This document shows, one piece after another, positions 31,400 to 41,597 of a stretch of DNA of 64,000 bases. Positions within the stretch are counted from its first letter, which is position 1, and every line of letters starts with the position of its first letter. The position numbers and the translations under genes are program-made. A model generated the notes under the pieces. That model searched no databases and had not been told where the DNA came from. It saw only the letters and a list, made by a program, of their open reading frames with translations. Source of the DNA: an uncultured Alphaproteobacteria bacterium (GTDB lineage Bacteria; Pseudomonadota; Alphaproteobacteria; Rhizobiales; Beijerinckiaceae); assembly GCA_963805295.1 (NCBI GenBank), contig CAWDTW010000055.1, forward strand, positions 55,383-119,382, read 5' to 3'.

Positions 31400-31740
31400 T
31401 CAGCCGCCGCCCTTCCAGTGCACGGCGAGCCAGACCGTCGGCCGGTCGGAGGCGGTCCATTCCACACGGTGACGGACATGCGGCGGAAGCTCGACATAGT
31501 CGCCCGGGCGAAGAATTCTCGCTGCGCCTTCGCCTTCGATCAGGAGCCCCGCCGCGCCCTCCAAGAGGATCGCCCATTCCGTCCAGTCCTGGTCGTACCA
31601 GAAGCCGGCCGGGCTCGCATGGCCCATCGAGACGATCCGCTCGACCACCGCGCCCGGCCGGTCGGCGAGGATCGTGGTCTCCTCCTCCTCGGGCAGACTG
31701 ACGCGGGATATTCGCGAAAATGTTACCGCTCCGAACCATC
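31400..31740 (-). CDS. Cupin-domain protein (5' end probably frameshifted)
   Basis: VERIVSMGHASPAGFWYDQDWTEW..LRPGDYVELPPHVRHRVEWT..TVWLAVH. Confidence 0.8.
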
Positions 31741-31758
31741 GCCGATCGGCCCTGATGC

Positions 31759-32586
31759 TCAGGCTCCGATACATCCGCCCGCTTCGCCGATCGGGACCCA
31801 GATCGCGGCGTCCTCGTCGCCGTACGCCCTCGCTTTGCCGTCCAAATAGGCAATGGCGACCGCGACGCAGACGACGGCGTCCAGTTTGTCCTCATAGGCC
31901 TTGAGCCGCCAGCCGCGCGTCTCGGGCGCAGGCGGCGGAAGCGCGTGCGCGACGCCCGAAATGCGGCGCTCCAGGGCCTCGACGAAGCACGACCAGACGC
32001 AGCGAAGCCTCGCATGACGCTCGATCGCGGAAAGCTCAGGCCAATATCGGCCGATCTTCGCCGCCTTGTATTCCAGCCGCAACGGCGCGCTCAGAAACTC
32101 GATCAGCGCCGCGTGGGGATAGACCTCAATGAGTTCGCGCGCCGGCGAAGACGCCCAAAGGCCATAGCCCAAGCTCTCGAACCCGCGGCCCAACGCGTCG
32201 CTGATTTTGCCCGGCCGTTCCGCGCTCGGCGAGTGAGTTGCGGCGCGTTTTGCGCCGTAGGCTTTCGAAATCTCGCTGTCGCAGGGCCTCCGCCTCACAA
32301 TCGGATACCGCGCCATCGGCATGTCGACTGCGACGCAATCGACCGGCCGCCCGCAGACCTTCCGCGCGGCTTCGAGAAGCGCGGCGGCGTCCGGTTTCGA
32401 CCCATGCGGCCTCTCGACCCCCAGCGCAACGTCGTTCGCCCGGCCGAGGAAATGATCGTAGGACGCCTCGACCGCGGCGAGCCGCCAGCCCCTTTCCGTC
32501 TCGACCGCGAGCGCGACGCCGCTCGGCTGCGTCGCGGTCTAGGCCGCGTCGATGCCGAGAACGGCGCGCCGGGCGGAGCTTGTCAT
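31759..32586 (-). pseudogene. DUF429-family (RNase H-like) protein with in-frame TAG at codon 16
   Basis: AVLGIDAA*TATQPSGVA, then VAVDMP, IEVYPHAA, EDKLDAVVC in the same frame. Confidence 0.75.
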
Positions 32587-32634
32587 CGTCACGGCAGACC
32601 GCTCCCCACTTGAGCGCGCGGCTTCCTCCGCGCC

Positions 32635-33260
32635 TCATCCATTCCGGAAGGCATAGCCGTAGCTGTTGAGCGCCGGCGCTCCGCCAAGATGCGCGAACAG
32701 CGCCTTCGATCCTTTGGGAAAGAACCCCTTGCGGACGAGGTCGATCATGCCCTGCATCGATTTGCCTTCGTACACTGGGTCCGTGATCATTCCCTCGAGT
32801 TGCGCGCAGACGCGGATCGCCTCCTTCGTTGCGTTCGAGGGCACGCCGTTAACCGGATAGGCATAGTCCTCGATCACGACGACATCGTCGTCGGCGATGT
32901 CCTTGCCCGGCTCCACCAGCGCCGCGGTGTTGCGCGCGATTTCGAGGACCTGGGCCTTGGTTTTCGCCGGCGTGCAGGACGCGTCGACGCCGTCCTTGGC
33001 GAAGCCCGCCACCATCCCCGCCTGGGTCGAGCCGGTGACGGTGCACACGACGATAGAGTCGAACGCGAAGCCAAGTTCCCGCTCCTGCGCCCGCACCTCT
33101 TCGGCGAAACCGAAATAGCCGAGCCCGCCGTATTTGTGCACCGAAGCGCCGGCCGGAATTGCATAGGGCCGAAGCCTTCGTCGACCAGCCGAACGTCCGC
33201 GCCCATGATGCGGCTGAGCTGGATGTTGCCGGCGCGGTCATAGACCGCATCCGCCAAGAA
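32635..33260 (-). pseudogene. acdS: ACC deaminase remnant (5'-truncated, internal deletions)
   Basis: [72 protein letters not shown]. Confidence 0.85.
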
Positions 33261-33443
33261 TGACCTGACCTCGAAACCGGAAGCCCCCGGCTCGCTTGCG
33301 CCGAAGGCCCTGCCACGGACGGCGCTCGGCGCTGGGTGCATTTCGCCTGAGGGAGCGCGCCACGCGCGTCAATCGGCTCGGGATGGCGCAACCCCCCAAC
33401 CCTAGCCCGCGCCGGCGCGCTCGACAAGCGGGGCGTCACGACG

Positions 33444-33508
33444 CCAAGGGGCCGCTGGTCGGCGCCATCAGCAGCCCCAAGGGGCCGCTGGTCGGCGCCA
33501 TCAGCAGC
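33444..33508. repeat. Exact tandem duplication, 32-bp unit, period 33
   Basis: CCAAGGGGCCGCTGGTCGGCGCCATCAGCAGC at 33444 and 33477. Confidence 0.9.
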
Positions 33509-33585
33509 AAGAACGCGCTGGCGAGGGCCGTGTGTTGGATTGAATTGATCCCTAATGGCGGTCGTGTGTCCGAGCCAGCTCGTAA

Positions 33586-34356
33586 TTAATTGGTTCTCTG
33601 TCCATATGCGTATTCCGCCGCCGAGTTGTTTGCGGTCGCCGCCGGCGCAATGGCGCCAAGCGGGCGGGGAGCACCTGGGGCGTTGGGATTTTGGGACGGA
33701 TCGAAGGCGTCGCCGCGCCCGCCTTGTGCCCGTTTTCGGGGGACCGGCGCTGGCGATGCCGAGCGGTCCGCGAGTGGAGCGGCAGCGAGGAGCGCCACGA
33801 TCTTGAGCCCAATGCGATCGAACCGCGCGCTTACTTTGGGAAGCTTCTCCGCGGATTTAGGCCGCAAGTGGCCGACCTTACCCGAAACCTCGGCAATCGC
33901 GCCACTGATTTCGGCCTTCGCTGCATCACGCGGCTTGGTGTTTCCAAGGCCAGTGGCATCCTTCGTGCTCAAGCTTTGAGCGGCGCGCATAGCCTCGATA
34001 TCCGCTCTTTGGGCGTGGAGTTCCACGGCCTTTTTCTCCGCTGCGCGGCCGATTTCGGCGCTCTGCACGCTCTCTTGCTGAACGACCGTCGGGGCGGGAC
34101 CGATAAAATATGATCCTACCAGCCATGCGGCGCCAAACAGGCAAGCCGTCAGGGCCGCGTGCGGACTATAGCTTAAGGCACGCGCGGCAAGAGCTCGCGC
34201 ACTTCGCGCTGTGACGGCTTCGACCTTCCTGGAAGGCACGGGGCGTGGGATGGCGTCAGTCGCCCGCGCTCCTATTTCCAGCACAGCCTCGTCCGGCGGG
34301 GGCGGCGGCGGCGGCGGCGGCGCTGAGCCAAGGAACGGCTTCGTCCGGAAACTCAT
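33586..34356 (-). CDS. Hypothetical single-TM protein with poly-Pro N-terminus
   Basis: 256-aa ORF with a poly-Pro run, TM AALTACLFGAAWLVGSYFIG and C-terminal DAFDPSQNPNAPGAPRPLG. Confidence 0.6.
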   Translation of the reverse strand: MSFRTKPFLGSAPPPPPPPPPDEAVLEIGARATDAIPRPVPSRKVEAVTARSARALAARALSYSPHAALTACLFGAAWLVGSYFIGPAPTVVQQESVQSAEIGRAAEKKAVELHAQRADIEAMRAAQSLSTKDATGLGNTKPRDAAKAEISGAIAEVSGKVGHLRPKSAEKLPKVSARFDRIGLKIVALLAAAPLADRSASPAPVPRKRAQGGRGDAFDPSQNPNAPGAPRPLGAIAPAATANNSAAEYAYGQRTN

Positions 34357-34412
34357 GCATGTGGGCGCTCTAAGAATGGTTAAGACTTTGGGCTAGCCTT
34401 GCGCCTATTCCC

Positions 34413-34428
34413 TTAAAATTGCATTAAC
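34413..34428. promoter_or_regulatory. Candidate CtrA box
   Basis: TTAA-AATTGCA-TTAAC matches TTAA-N7-TTAAC; about 57 bp upstream of the 34356 start. Confidence 0.55.
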
Positions 34429-34645
34429 CGCGAGAGGGTATTGGGCTGCCCTTCGGTGTTCGTTCTTCAGTGCTGATCGTTCGTTTTACCGAGCGGCTGC
34501 TGAGCCGCCGACGACAAAGCCGTCAGCAGCCCGCGGAACACCAGTGATAAAGACTGGGCCGCGCGGTATGAAACTGTTCGGCGTCGACGCGTTGGACCTC
34601 CGTCTCGCTCCCCAGGCAGAACATGCGGCCTGTTGGCCTGATCAC

Positions 34646-34750
34646 GGCGTCGTCACGGCGCTCCCGGCTTGCGGTACTCTCGGCAGCCCGATAGCCAAGC
34701 GTTTGACGAGAATCAGCTACGCTGGACATCGGTTCCCGCCGGAGATAATC
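34646..34750 (+). mobile_element. IS6-family left-end remnant
   Basis: Encodes ISYAGHRFPPEII, typical of an IS6 transposase N-terminus; preceded by GGCGTCGTCACG, a possible TIR. Confidence 0.55.
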
Positions 34751-35149
34751 CTTGGCCTCTCTAATGCCGACAGGACTTCATGCGTGCTCCCCCCACCGGC
34801 GACCAGCCGGAGTGCGACCATACGCCGGAAAAGCGAAGTGTGACCACATGTGTCCGTCAGCGGTCGCACCCGCCGGGCCGTGTGACCACATTTCCCCCAG
34901 AGCGCCGACACGGACGGCGATACCGAGACCACATCTCATTTTCGAGCGGCGCGACCCCAGGCGCGCAGGTGCGCTCGCGGCGTCGCCATACGGCGCAGTC
35001 CGTGCCGCCGTCGGTCCGGCTTGAGAGCGACGGGCGGCTCGGCGGCGCGGCCGTATGGATCATGTTTCTGTCCCCTTCCGTCTCCAAGAATGAGCTATCG
35101 TTGGTCGAAGTTCTGGCTTCGAAATTGGCGCTGACCTGCAGGTGAGGCG

Positions 35150-35566
35150 ATGGAGACGAATTTTCCGCGCTATTGGATGTGGTCCGAGGCGTTCGAGATG
35201 CTCGCGCGCGCAGAGCGAATGCATCGGCAGTTTTTTCAGCTGTCCGGCTCGCCATCGTCCGTCGCTTGGGAGCCGCCGGTGGATGTCCTCGAGACCGAAT
35301 TTGCGGTGCTCGTGCTCGTCGCCCTGCCCGGCGTCGAACTCGACGAGGTGAAAGCGCTCATCAATCAAGGCGAGCTGTTCATTTCGGGAATTCGGACGTA
35401 CCCGGCGGAGATCCGGACCGCGACCATTCACCGTCTCGAGCTTCCCCAAGGCCGTTTCGAACGCCGTGTTCGCCTTCCGCCGGGCCCCTACAACAGCATT
35501 TCTCGATCGGCGTTCAACGGTTGCCTGCTCGTCACGCTGCAAAAGTCGGAGGCCTCCAATGGCTGA
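35150..35566 (+). CDS. Hsp20/alpha-crystallin family protein
   Basis: WEPPVDVLET..VALPGV..LFISG..LELPQGRFERRVRLP..NGCLLVTL. Confidence 0.9.
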   Translation: METNFPRYWMWSEAFEMLARAERMHRQFFQLSGSPSSVAWEPPVDVLETEFAVLVLVALPGVELDEVKALINQGELFISGIRTYPAEIRTATIHRLELPQGRFERRVRLPPGPYNSISRSAFNGCLLVTLQKSEASNG

Positions 35567-37994
35567 GACAGCGGCCGGGAACGCATCCGAAGAGAACCGC
35601 GGCGAAGCGCAGTCGCCGCCGCTGCCGCCCGACTCCCTCATCATTGTGCCCGTGCGCGGCATGGTGCTGTTTCCGGGGATGGTGCTGCCGATCGCCCTCG
35701 GCCGCTCCCGCTCGGTGATGGCGGCGCAGAGGGCGGTGAGGGAACAGAAGCCGGTCGGCATCGTGATGCAGCGCAATGCCGAGGTCGACGATCCCCTTCC
35801 CGTCGATCTGCACCGTATGGGCACAATCGCCAATATCGTCCGCTACATCACCGCGCCGGATGGAACCCATCACGTCGTGTGCCAGGGAGAGCAGCGCTTC
35901 CGCGTCGTCGAGTATTTGACCGGTTGGCCATTCTTCGTCGCCAAAACGGTGAGGATTCCGGAGCCTTCTGCGTCATCCGACGAGATCGAGGCCCGCCTCG
36001 TCCATCTGAAAGGCCAAGCGGTTGAAGCCATACAGCTGCTGCCGCAAGCGCCGAACGAGTTGCTCGCGACCATCCAGGGCGTCGATTCGCCTGGCGCGCT
36101 CGCCGATCTGGTGGCGACCTTCATGGATGCGACGCCGGAGGAAAAGCAGGAAATCCTCGAGACGATCGATATCGGGGCCCGACTGGAGCGGGTCTCAAAA
36201 CTCCTCGCGCATCGGATCGAGATTCTGCGGCTGTCGCAGGAGATCGGCCGGGAAACCAAGGCGTCCATCGACGCGCGCAACCGTGAGGCGTTGCTGCGCG
36301 AGCAGATGGCGGCCATCCAGCGTCAGCTCGGCGAAAGCGACGAGGGAAAGGCGGCCGAAATCGCCGAACTCGAAAAGGCGATCAGCAACGCGCATATGCC
36401 GAAGGAGGTCGAGGACCAGGCCCGCAAGGAGCTGCGGCGTCTGCGGCGCATGCCGGAAGCTGCCGGCGAATACGGGATGGTGCGGACTTATCTCGACTGG
36501 CTAGTCGAATTGCCCTGGGCGCTGCCCGAGGAGGCGCCGATCGACATCGCGGCGGCGCGCCGCATCCTCGACGAGGATCACTTCGATCTCGAGAAAATCA
36601 AGCGCCGGATCATCGAATTTCTGGCCGTCCGCAAGCTGGCGCCCGGCGGCAAGGCCCCGATCCTTTGCTTTGTCGGTCCGCCGGGCGTGGGCAAAACGTC
36701 GCTCGGCCAATCGATCGCGCGCGCCATGAACCGCAAATTCGTGCGAGTGAGCCTCGGCGGCATGCACGACGAGGCGGAGATTCGAGGACATCGACGAACC
36801 TATATTGGCGCTTTGCCCGGCAACATCATCCAGGCAATCCGCAAGGCGGGCGCCCGCAACTGCGTCATGATGCTGGATGAGATCGACAAGCTCGGCGCCA
36901 GCATTCAGGGCGATCCGGCCTCGGCCTTGCTGGAAGTGCTCGATCCCGAGCAGAACAACAGCTTCCGCGACAATTACCTCGCCGTGCCGTTTGACCTCTC
37001 CCGCGTCGTGTTCATCACAACGGCGAATCTGCTCGAGACGATCCCCGGACCGCTTCGCGACCGAATGGAGATCATCAGTCTCGCCGGGTACACAGCCAGC
37101 GAAAAGCTGCAGATCGCGCGCCGCTATCTTGTTCCGCGTCAGCTGGAGGCCAATGGTCTCAAACCGGGCCAGGTCGGCATCGCCGATGACGCGCTCAGAG
37201 CCGTCATTCAGCACTATACGCGGGAGGCCGGCGTTCGAAGCCTCGAGCGCGAGATCGGGAGACTGCTGCGCCAGGCCGCGATGCGCATCGCGGATGGCGC
37301 GAGCGGGCCGATCGCATTCTCGGTCGGCGATCTTCCAGCCGTTCTAGGGGCGCCGCCATTCGAGGACGAGGTCGCGATGCGAACCAGCGTGCCGGGCGTC
37401 GCGACCGGTTTGGCCTGGACGCCGGTCGGCGGCGACATCCTATTCATCGAGGCGACCGCCATTCCGGGAAGTGGCCGGCTGATCCTCACCGGTCAACTCG
37501 GCGAGGTGATGCGGGAGAGCGCCCAGGCGGCGCTCAGCATTGTCAAGAATCGCGCAGCCTCATACGGAATCGAGGCCAATCGCTTCGAGAAGACCGACAT
37601 CCACATCCACGTGCCCGCGGGAGCGACCCCGAAGGACGGCCCAAGCGCGGGGGTCGCGATGTTCATGGCGCTCGTTTCGCTCATGACTGATCGCACAGTG
37701 CGCAGCGACACCGCCATGACCGGGGAGATCAGCCTGCGAGGACTGGTGCTTCCAGTCGGCGGCATCAAGGAGAAGGTGGTCGCGGCGCACAGAGCCGGGA
37801 TCAAACGCCTCATGCTTCCGGCGCGCAACAAGAAGGACTTCGAAGACATCCCCGAAGAGGTGCGCCAGCAATTGACGTTCGTCTGGCTCGAACGGGTGGA
37901 CGAGGCGGTGTCGTCGGCGCTGGAGCCGGGTGCGCCAGCGAAAGCGCCCGTCGCCAAACCAACGGTCGGCGATGAGGCGGCATCCGCTCCCTAG
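35559..37994 (+). CDS. lon: ATP-dependent protease Lon
   Basis: LON N-domain, GPPGVGKTS, GHRRTYIG, LDEIDK, PKDGPSAG, PVGGIKEK. Confidence 0.96.
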   Translation: MAETAAGNASEENRGEAQSPPLPPDSLIIVPVRGMVLFPGMVLPIALGRSRSVMAAQRAVREQKPVGIVMQRNAEVDDPLPVDLHRMGTIANIVRYITAPDGTHHVVCQGEQRFRVVEYLTGWPFFVAKTVRIPEPSASSDEIEARLVHLKGQAVEAIQLLPQAPNELLATIQGVDSPGALADLVATFMDATPEEKQEILETIDIGARLERVSKLLAHRIEILRLSQEIGRETKASIDARNREALLREQMAAIQRQLGESDEGKAAEIAELEKAISNAHMPKEVEDQARKELRRLRRMPEAAGEYGMVRTYLDWLVELPWALPEEAPIDIAAARRILDEDHFDLEKIKRRIIEFLAVRKLAPGGKAPILCFVGPPGVGKTSLGQSIARAMNRKFVRVSLGGMHDEAEIRGHRRTYIGALPGNIIQAIRKAGARNCVMMLDEIDKLGASIQGDPASALLEVLDPEQNNSFRDNYLAVPFDLSRVVFITTANLLETIPGPLRDRMEIISLAGYTASEKLQIARRYLVPRQLEANGLKPGQVGIADDALRAVIQHYTREAGVRSLEREIGRLLRQAAMRIADGASGPIAFSVGDLPAVLGAPPFEDEVAMRTSVPGVATGLAWTPVGGDILFIEATAIPGSGRLILTGQLGEVMRESAQAALSIVKNRAASYGIEANRFEKTDIHIHVPAGATPKDGPSAGVAMFMALVSLMTDRTVRSDTAMTGEISLRGLVLPVGGIKEKVVAAHRAGIKRLMLPARNKKDFEDIPEEVRQQLTFVWLERVDEAVSSALEPGAPAKAPVAKPTVGDEAASAP

Positions 37995-38087
37995 CCCACA
38001 TTTCTCACCAGTCCTAGCCTTCAGCGGGCGCCGAGGCGGTTGGGAGCGCGGGGTTCGGGCTCGCCGCGTCTCATCCATCGGTTCCGA

Positions 38088-38344
38088 TCATCGAGATTCG
38101 GCATGAGTGGTCATCGCCGCGGCGCGAAGCGCGCGCCGCCTTTGGGCGGGGACGGGATGGCGTTGGACGTTGAAGGCGTTGGAGACGGCGGCGTGTGCGG
38201 AAAGCAATTTCCGGGCTGAACCCGGGCTCTCGAGCCGCTGCATTTCGCCCTCCCGCCGCCGTCGCGCAGGCTGACGGTGAACCGGAGGCAGAGCCGCATT
38301 GCCTGGTGAACGATCTCCGGCGGGAACCGGTGACGGCGCGCCAT
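38088..38344 (-). mobile_element. IS6-family transposase remnant with internal deletion
   Basis: RHRFPPEIVHQAMRLCLRFTVSLRD joined to MQRLESPGSARKLLSAHAAVSNAFNVQRH. Confidence 0.75.
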
Positions 38345-38347
38345 CCA

Positions 38348-38370
38348 AAGTGGTATTTACAATGCCTGTT
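38348..38370. promoter_or_regulatory. Candidate Rrf2 operator, copy 2
   Basis: AAGTGGTA-N7-TGCCTGTT, related to the palindrome at 39500. Confidence 0.4.
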
Positions 38371-38887
38371 TGACGTGCATAAGTCGCAATCGTCGATGCC
38401 GCTTCATGCGAGGACCGTGCGCCCCCCCCCGAGGGTCAATGATCGCGGTGTGCGGACTCCGATGCGGTTGAACGCGGTCGGGCGACGGGAGCAGTTCCAG
38501 GAGCGAGATGCGATGATGACGACGACGTCCGGAACTCTGTGGATCCTGCCATCTCCCGTCGGATCAACGCGTCGCCGCCCGGCCAGACCCGTGAGCGCTG
38601 CGTTCGAGCGCCCCGGCAACCGCGGCGGATAAGAGGCCTTCCTTCAGGGAACCGGTGATTGCAACTATGGAACCGACCACGCTCACGCCGTCGACCAGGC
38701 GAGGCGACTTCTCCGCCTTCGCGCGGCTGCGCCTGGACGATCGCACGCGAAGCCTCGAAATGCAGCAGACGGCGCCATTCGATCGCTGCGGCTTCAATCC
38801 CTTTGCCGCGGCGGCGCCCCCGCGCGCCGGGAGCTCCGCCCCTGATCGGGTCCCTCGGGATCGCGACCGGTCGAAGGGGAGCCTCTC

Positions 38888-39226
38888 ATGACTTACGCGG
38901 TCACCGATAGTTGCATCAAGTGCAAGTACATGGACTGCGTCGAGGTGTGTCCGGTCGATTGCTTCTATGAAGGCGAAAACATGCTGGTCATTCACCCGGA
39001 CGAATGCATCGACTGCGGCGTTTGCGAGCCCGAATGTCCGGCGGAAGCGATCGTTCCCGATAGCGTTCCCGGTCTGGAGAAATGGCTGAAATTGAACGCG
39101 GAATTTGCTCCGAAATGGCCCAACATCACGGTCAAGCGCGAGCCTCCCGCCGACGCCAAGGAGTTCGACAGAAAGGCGAACAAGTTCGAGGCCTATTTCT
39201 CTCCTGAAGCCGGGCAAGGAGACTGA
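38888..39226 (+). CDS. fdxA: 7Fe ferredoxin FdxA
   Basis: [43 protein letters not shown]. Confidence 0.95.
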   Translation: MTYAVTDSCIKCKYMDCVEVCPVDCFYEGENMLVIHPDECIDCGVCEPECPAEAIVPDSVPGLEKWLKLNAEFAPKWPNITVKREPPADAKEFDRKANKFEAYFSPEAGQGD

Positions 39227-39499
39227 ATGCGATGCGCCTGGCCTGGCGGCTCGAAACGGCGGCGTGTTCGGAATTCGAGTGGCCGGCAAGCTCCCGCAGG
39301 TCGAGGACGCGGCAGCCGCCAAAGCCCGGTTCGCGTTGGACCCGCTCATCGACGGCGCCGGGCCGATCGCGGTCCGCGCGGGGCCGTTTGCCGGCGTCGG
39401 TCATCGCTCTCCGTCCGGCGCTGTCGGCCTGCGTCGCCACGCTCGCCGGGGAAATCGGTCAGCCTGAGACAGCACATCGCGAACGAGCGCGACGCGATT

Positions 39500-39522
39500 A
39501 AGTGGTATTCTTGCTACCAGTT
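39500..39522. promoter_or_regulatory. Candidate Rrf2 operator, copy 1
   Basis: AAGTGGTA-TTCTTGC-TACCAGTT inverted repeat about 50 bp upstream of the Rrf2 gene. Confidence 0.55.
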
Positions 39523-39573
39523 CTGTGGCGCCGTCAATGTAGTATTGTCAAATCCTCCTTAGGGAAGGATTCG

Positions 39574-40060
39574 ATGCGCCTCTTGGCCTCCACCGACTTC
39601 GCGTTGCGCGTGCTCATGCGCCTGGGTCAGCAGGAGCCGGGCGAACATGTGAACGTGGAAACGCTGGCGCAGCAGCTCGGCGGGCTTTCGCGCAACCACT
39701 TGCACAAGATCGTGCAGGATCTGGCCGGTCTCGGCGTCTTGCGAACGGTTCGCGGCGCCGGCGGCGGCGTCATGCTGGCCGTCCCGCTCGCCGAGATTTC
39801 GGCTTGGCGCCTTGATCCGAACCTTGGAGGCCAATCAGGCGCTGGTCGAGTGTTTTCGCGCCGACGGCGGCTGTTGCGTGCTCGAACCGGCGTGTGAATT
39901 GCGCGTCTTGTTGCGGCAGGCGAGAGAGAGCTTCTACCAGACTCTCGAAGGGCGGACGCTGGCCGACTGCATCGGACATCGGCGGCGCGCTCCGCCAGGC
40001 GTTTCGGCGCGGGGTCGGGCGCCGCAGATCAAAGGCGCGCGCCGTCCCAATAAGCCGTGA
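39574..40060 (+). CDS. Rrf2-family (NsrR-like) regulator; frameshift near 39805
   Basis: MRLLASTDFALRVLM, LSRNHLHKIVQDL, TVRGAGGG, then LVECF..GCC....C in the next frame. Confidence 0.85.
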
Positions 40061-40279
40061 AATCGTTCGGCGGGCATTCTCGCGTCGGCCGGCAACAGCG
40101 GATTCCGGAGCTGGACTTCGCCACTCGCGAACTCTCCGACCCATTGATTTCCCCGCATGCGGCCGATCGGCGCATCGCGCGATCAACAAGGAAAAACTCG
40201 CCGACGCGACCGTGGCGGCATGCCGAGCCGCAGCGTCGGCGGCTTCGTCGGTTCGCGATGACGCGGGCCGCATCAGTCC

Positions 40280-40770
40280 TGTCAATCTCCAGCGTCAATC
40301 GATTCATGGTTCCGGCCGCCGCGCGCATCATCGACTGCCCGGCGGCGGTCGAGGCCGTCGCCGTGATCATCCGTACGTCCGGATGCGCTGCGAGCGCGGC
40401 GCCGGCTTCCAGTCCCGTCCCCGGCAGATCATTCAAGACTGCTGCCGGCAGGCCGGCGTCGGCAAAGCATTGCGCGATCATGCCGACCGCCAGCGGCGTC
40501 TCGTGCGGCGGCTTGACGACGAGCGAGCAGCCGGCGGCGAGCGCGGGACCGAGTTTCCAGGCGTAAATGTCGACCGGGTAATTCCACAGCGTGATCGCCC
40601 CGACGACCCCGACCGGCGAGGACACGACAAGGCTGCGAATGTCCGCCCGCGCGGAGGCGCGGATCGCCCCGCCGAGGCGGCGCCCCTCTTCGGCGTAGTA
40701 GCGGGTCGGCTCGACGCCGAAGCGGATTTCCTTTTCGGCGTCCGGAATGGGCTTTCCCTGTTCGCGCGGT
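40280..40770 (-). pseudogene. Aldehyde dehydrogenase internal remnant
   Basis: PVGVVGAITLWNYP..KLGPALAAGCSLVVKPPHETPL..RLTLE; catalytic C-terminal half absent. Confidence 0.8.
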
Positions 40771-40869
40771 CGTTCGCTTTCCCGTCGACCGCAGCGGACG
40801 GAACGGTCTTAACAATTCATAAACCATTCGACGCCTAGATGATTAACGAAGCGCCAACGGAGCGGTGGA

Positions 40870-41577
40870 ATGAACGCGCATGCGGGTCCCACGCAAGCCC
40901 TGAGTTTCCGGGCGCGGTCGCTGCTGGCTTTCGTCCTCGAACCGCGTGAGCCCGTCGCCGAATGGTTTGCCGCGCTGGACGCCTGGCTCACCCGTTCGCC
41001 GAGCTTCTTCGCTTCGAAGCCGGTCATCCTCGAGATGGCCGGGCTTGATCTCAACCTCAAGGAATACCGCGATCTCCTCAGCGATCTCGCGCGCCGCCAT
41101 GTCCGAGTCATGGGGGTCGAGAACGCTCGCCCCACTCTGGTCGGGCCGCATCTGCCGCCGATCGTGACCGGCGGGCGCACGCTGAACGCGCCGGCCTTGC
41201 CGGAGGAAGACGCCCCACCCGCGGCTGAGCCGACGAAGACCGAAACGACGAACTCGCTGATCATCGACGCGAACGTGCGCTCCGGCCAGTCGATCGTGCA
41301 TCCCGAAGGCGACGTGACGATCGTCGGCCGCGTCGCCTCGGGCGCCGAGATCGTCGCGGGCGGGTCGGTGCATGTCTATGGCGCGCTGCAAGGCCGCGTG
41401 ATCGCCGGGATCTCGGGTTCGCCGTCTGCGCGGATATTCTGCAAGGAGGCGAGGGCCGAACTCCTCTGCATCGGCGGCGTCTTTGTCACGGCCGAGCATG
41501 TGAACCCCGAGGTCGAGGGCCGCAGCCTCGAGGTTCGGCTGGACGGAGACGAACTCAAACTCCGAATCCTCGATTGA
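40870..41577 (+). CDS. minC: Septum site-determining protein MinC
   Basis: VRSGQSIVHPEGDVTIVGRVASGAEIVAGGSVHVYGALQGR. Confidence 0.95.
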   Translation: MNAHAGPTQALSFRARSLLAFVLEPREPVAEWFAALDAWLTRSPSFFASKPVILEMAGLDLNLKEYRDLLSDLARRHVRVMGVENARPTLVGPHLPPIVTGGRTLNAPALPEEDAPPAAEPTKTETTNSLIIDANVRSGQSIVHPEGDVTIVGRVASGAEIVAGGSVHVYGALQGRVIAGISGSPSARIFCKEARAELLCIGGVFVTAEHVNPEVEGRSLEVRLDGDELKLRILD

Positions 41578-41597
41578 GCTTTCATGAGGACAGACGC

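Noticed and set aside
33444-33508. Possible CRISPR mini-array (32-bp repeat)
   Set aside because: Only two copies separated by 1 bp, with no spacer and no cas genes.
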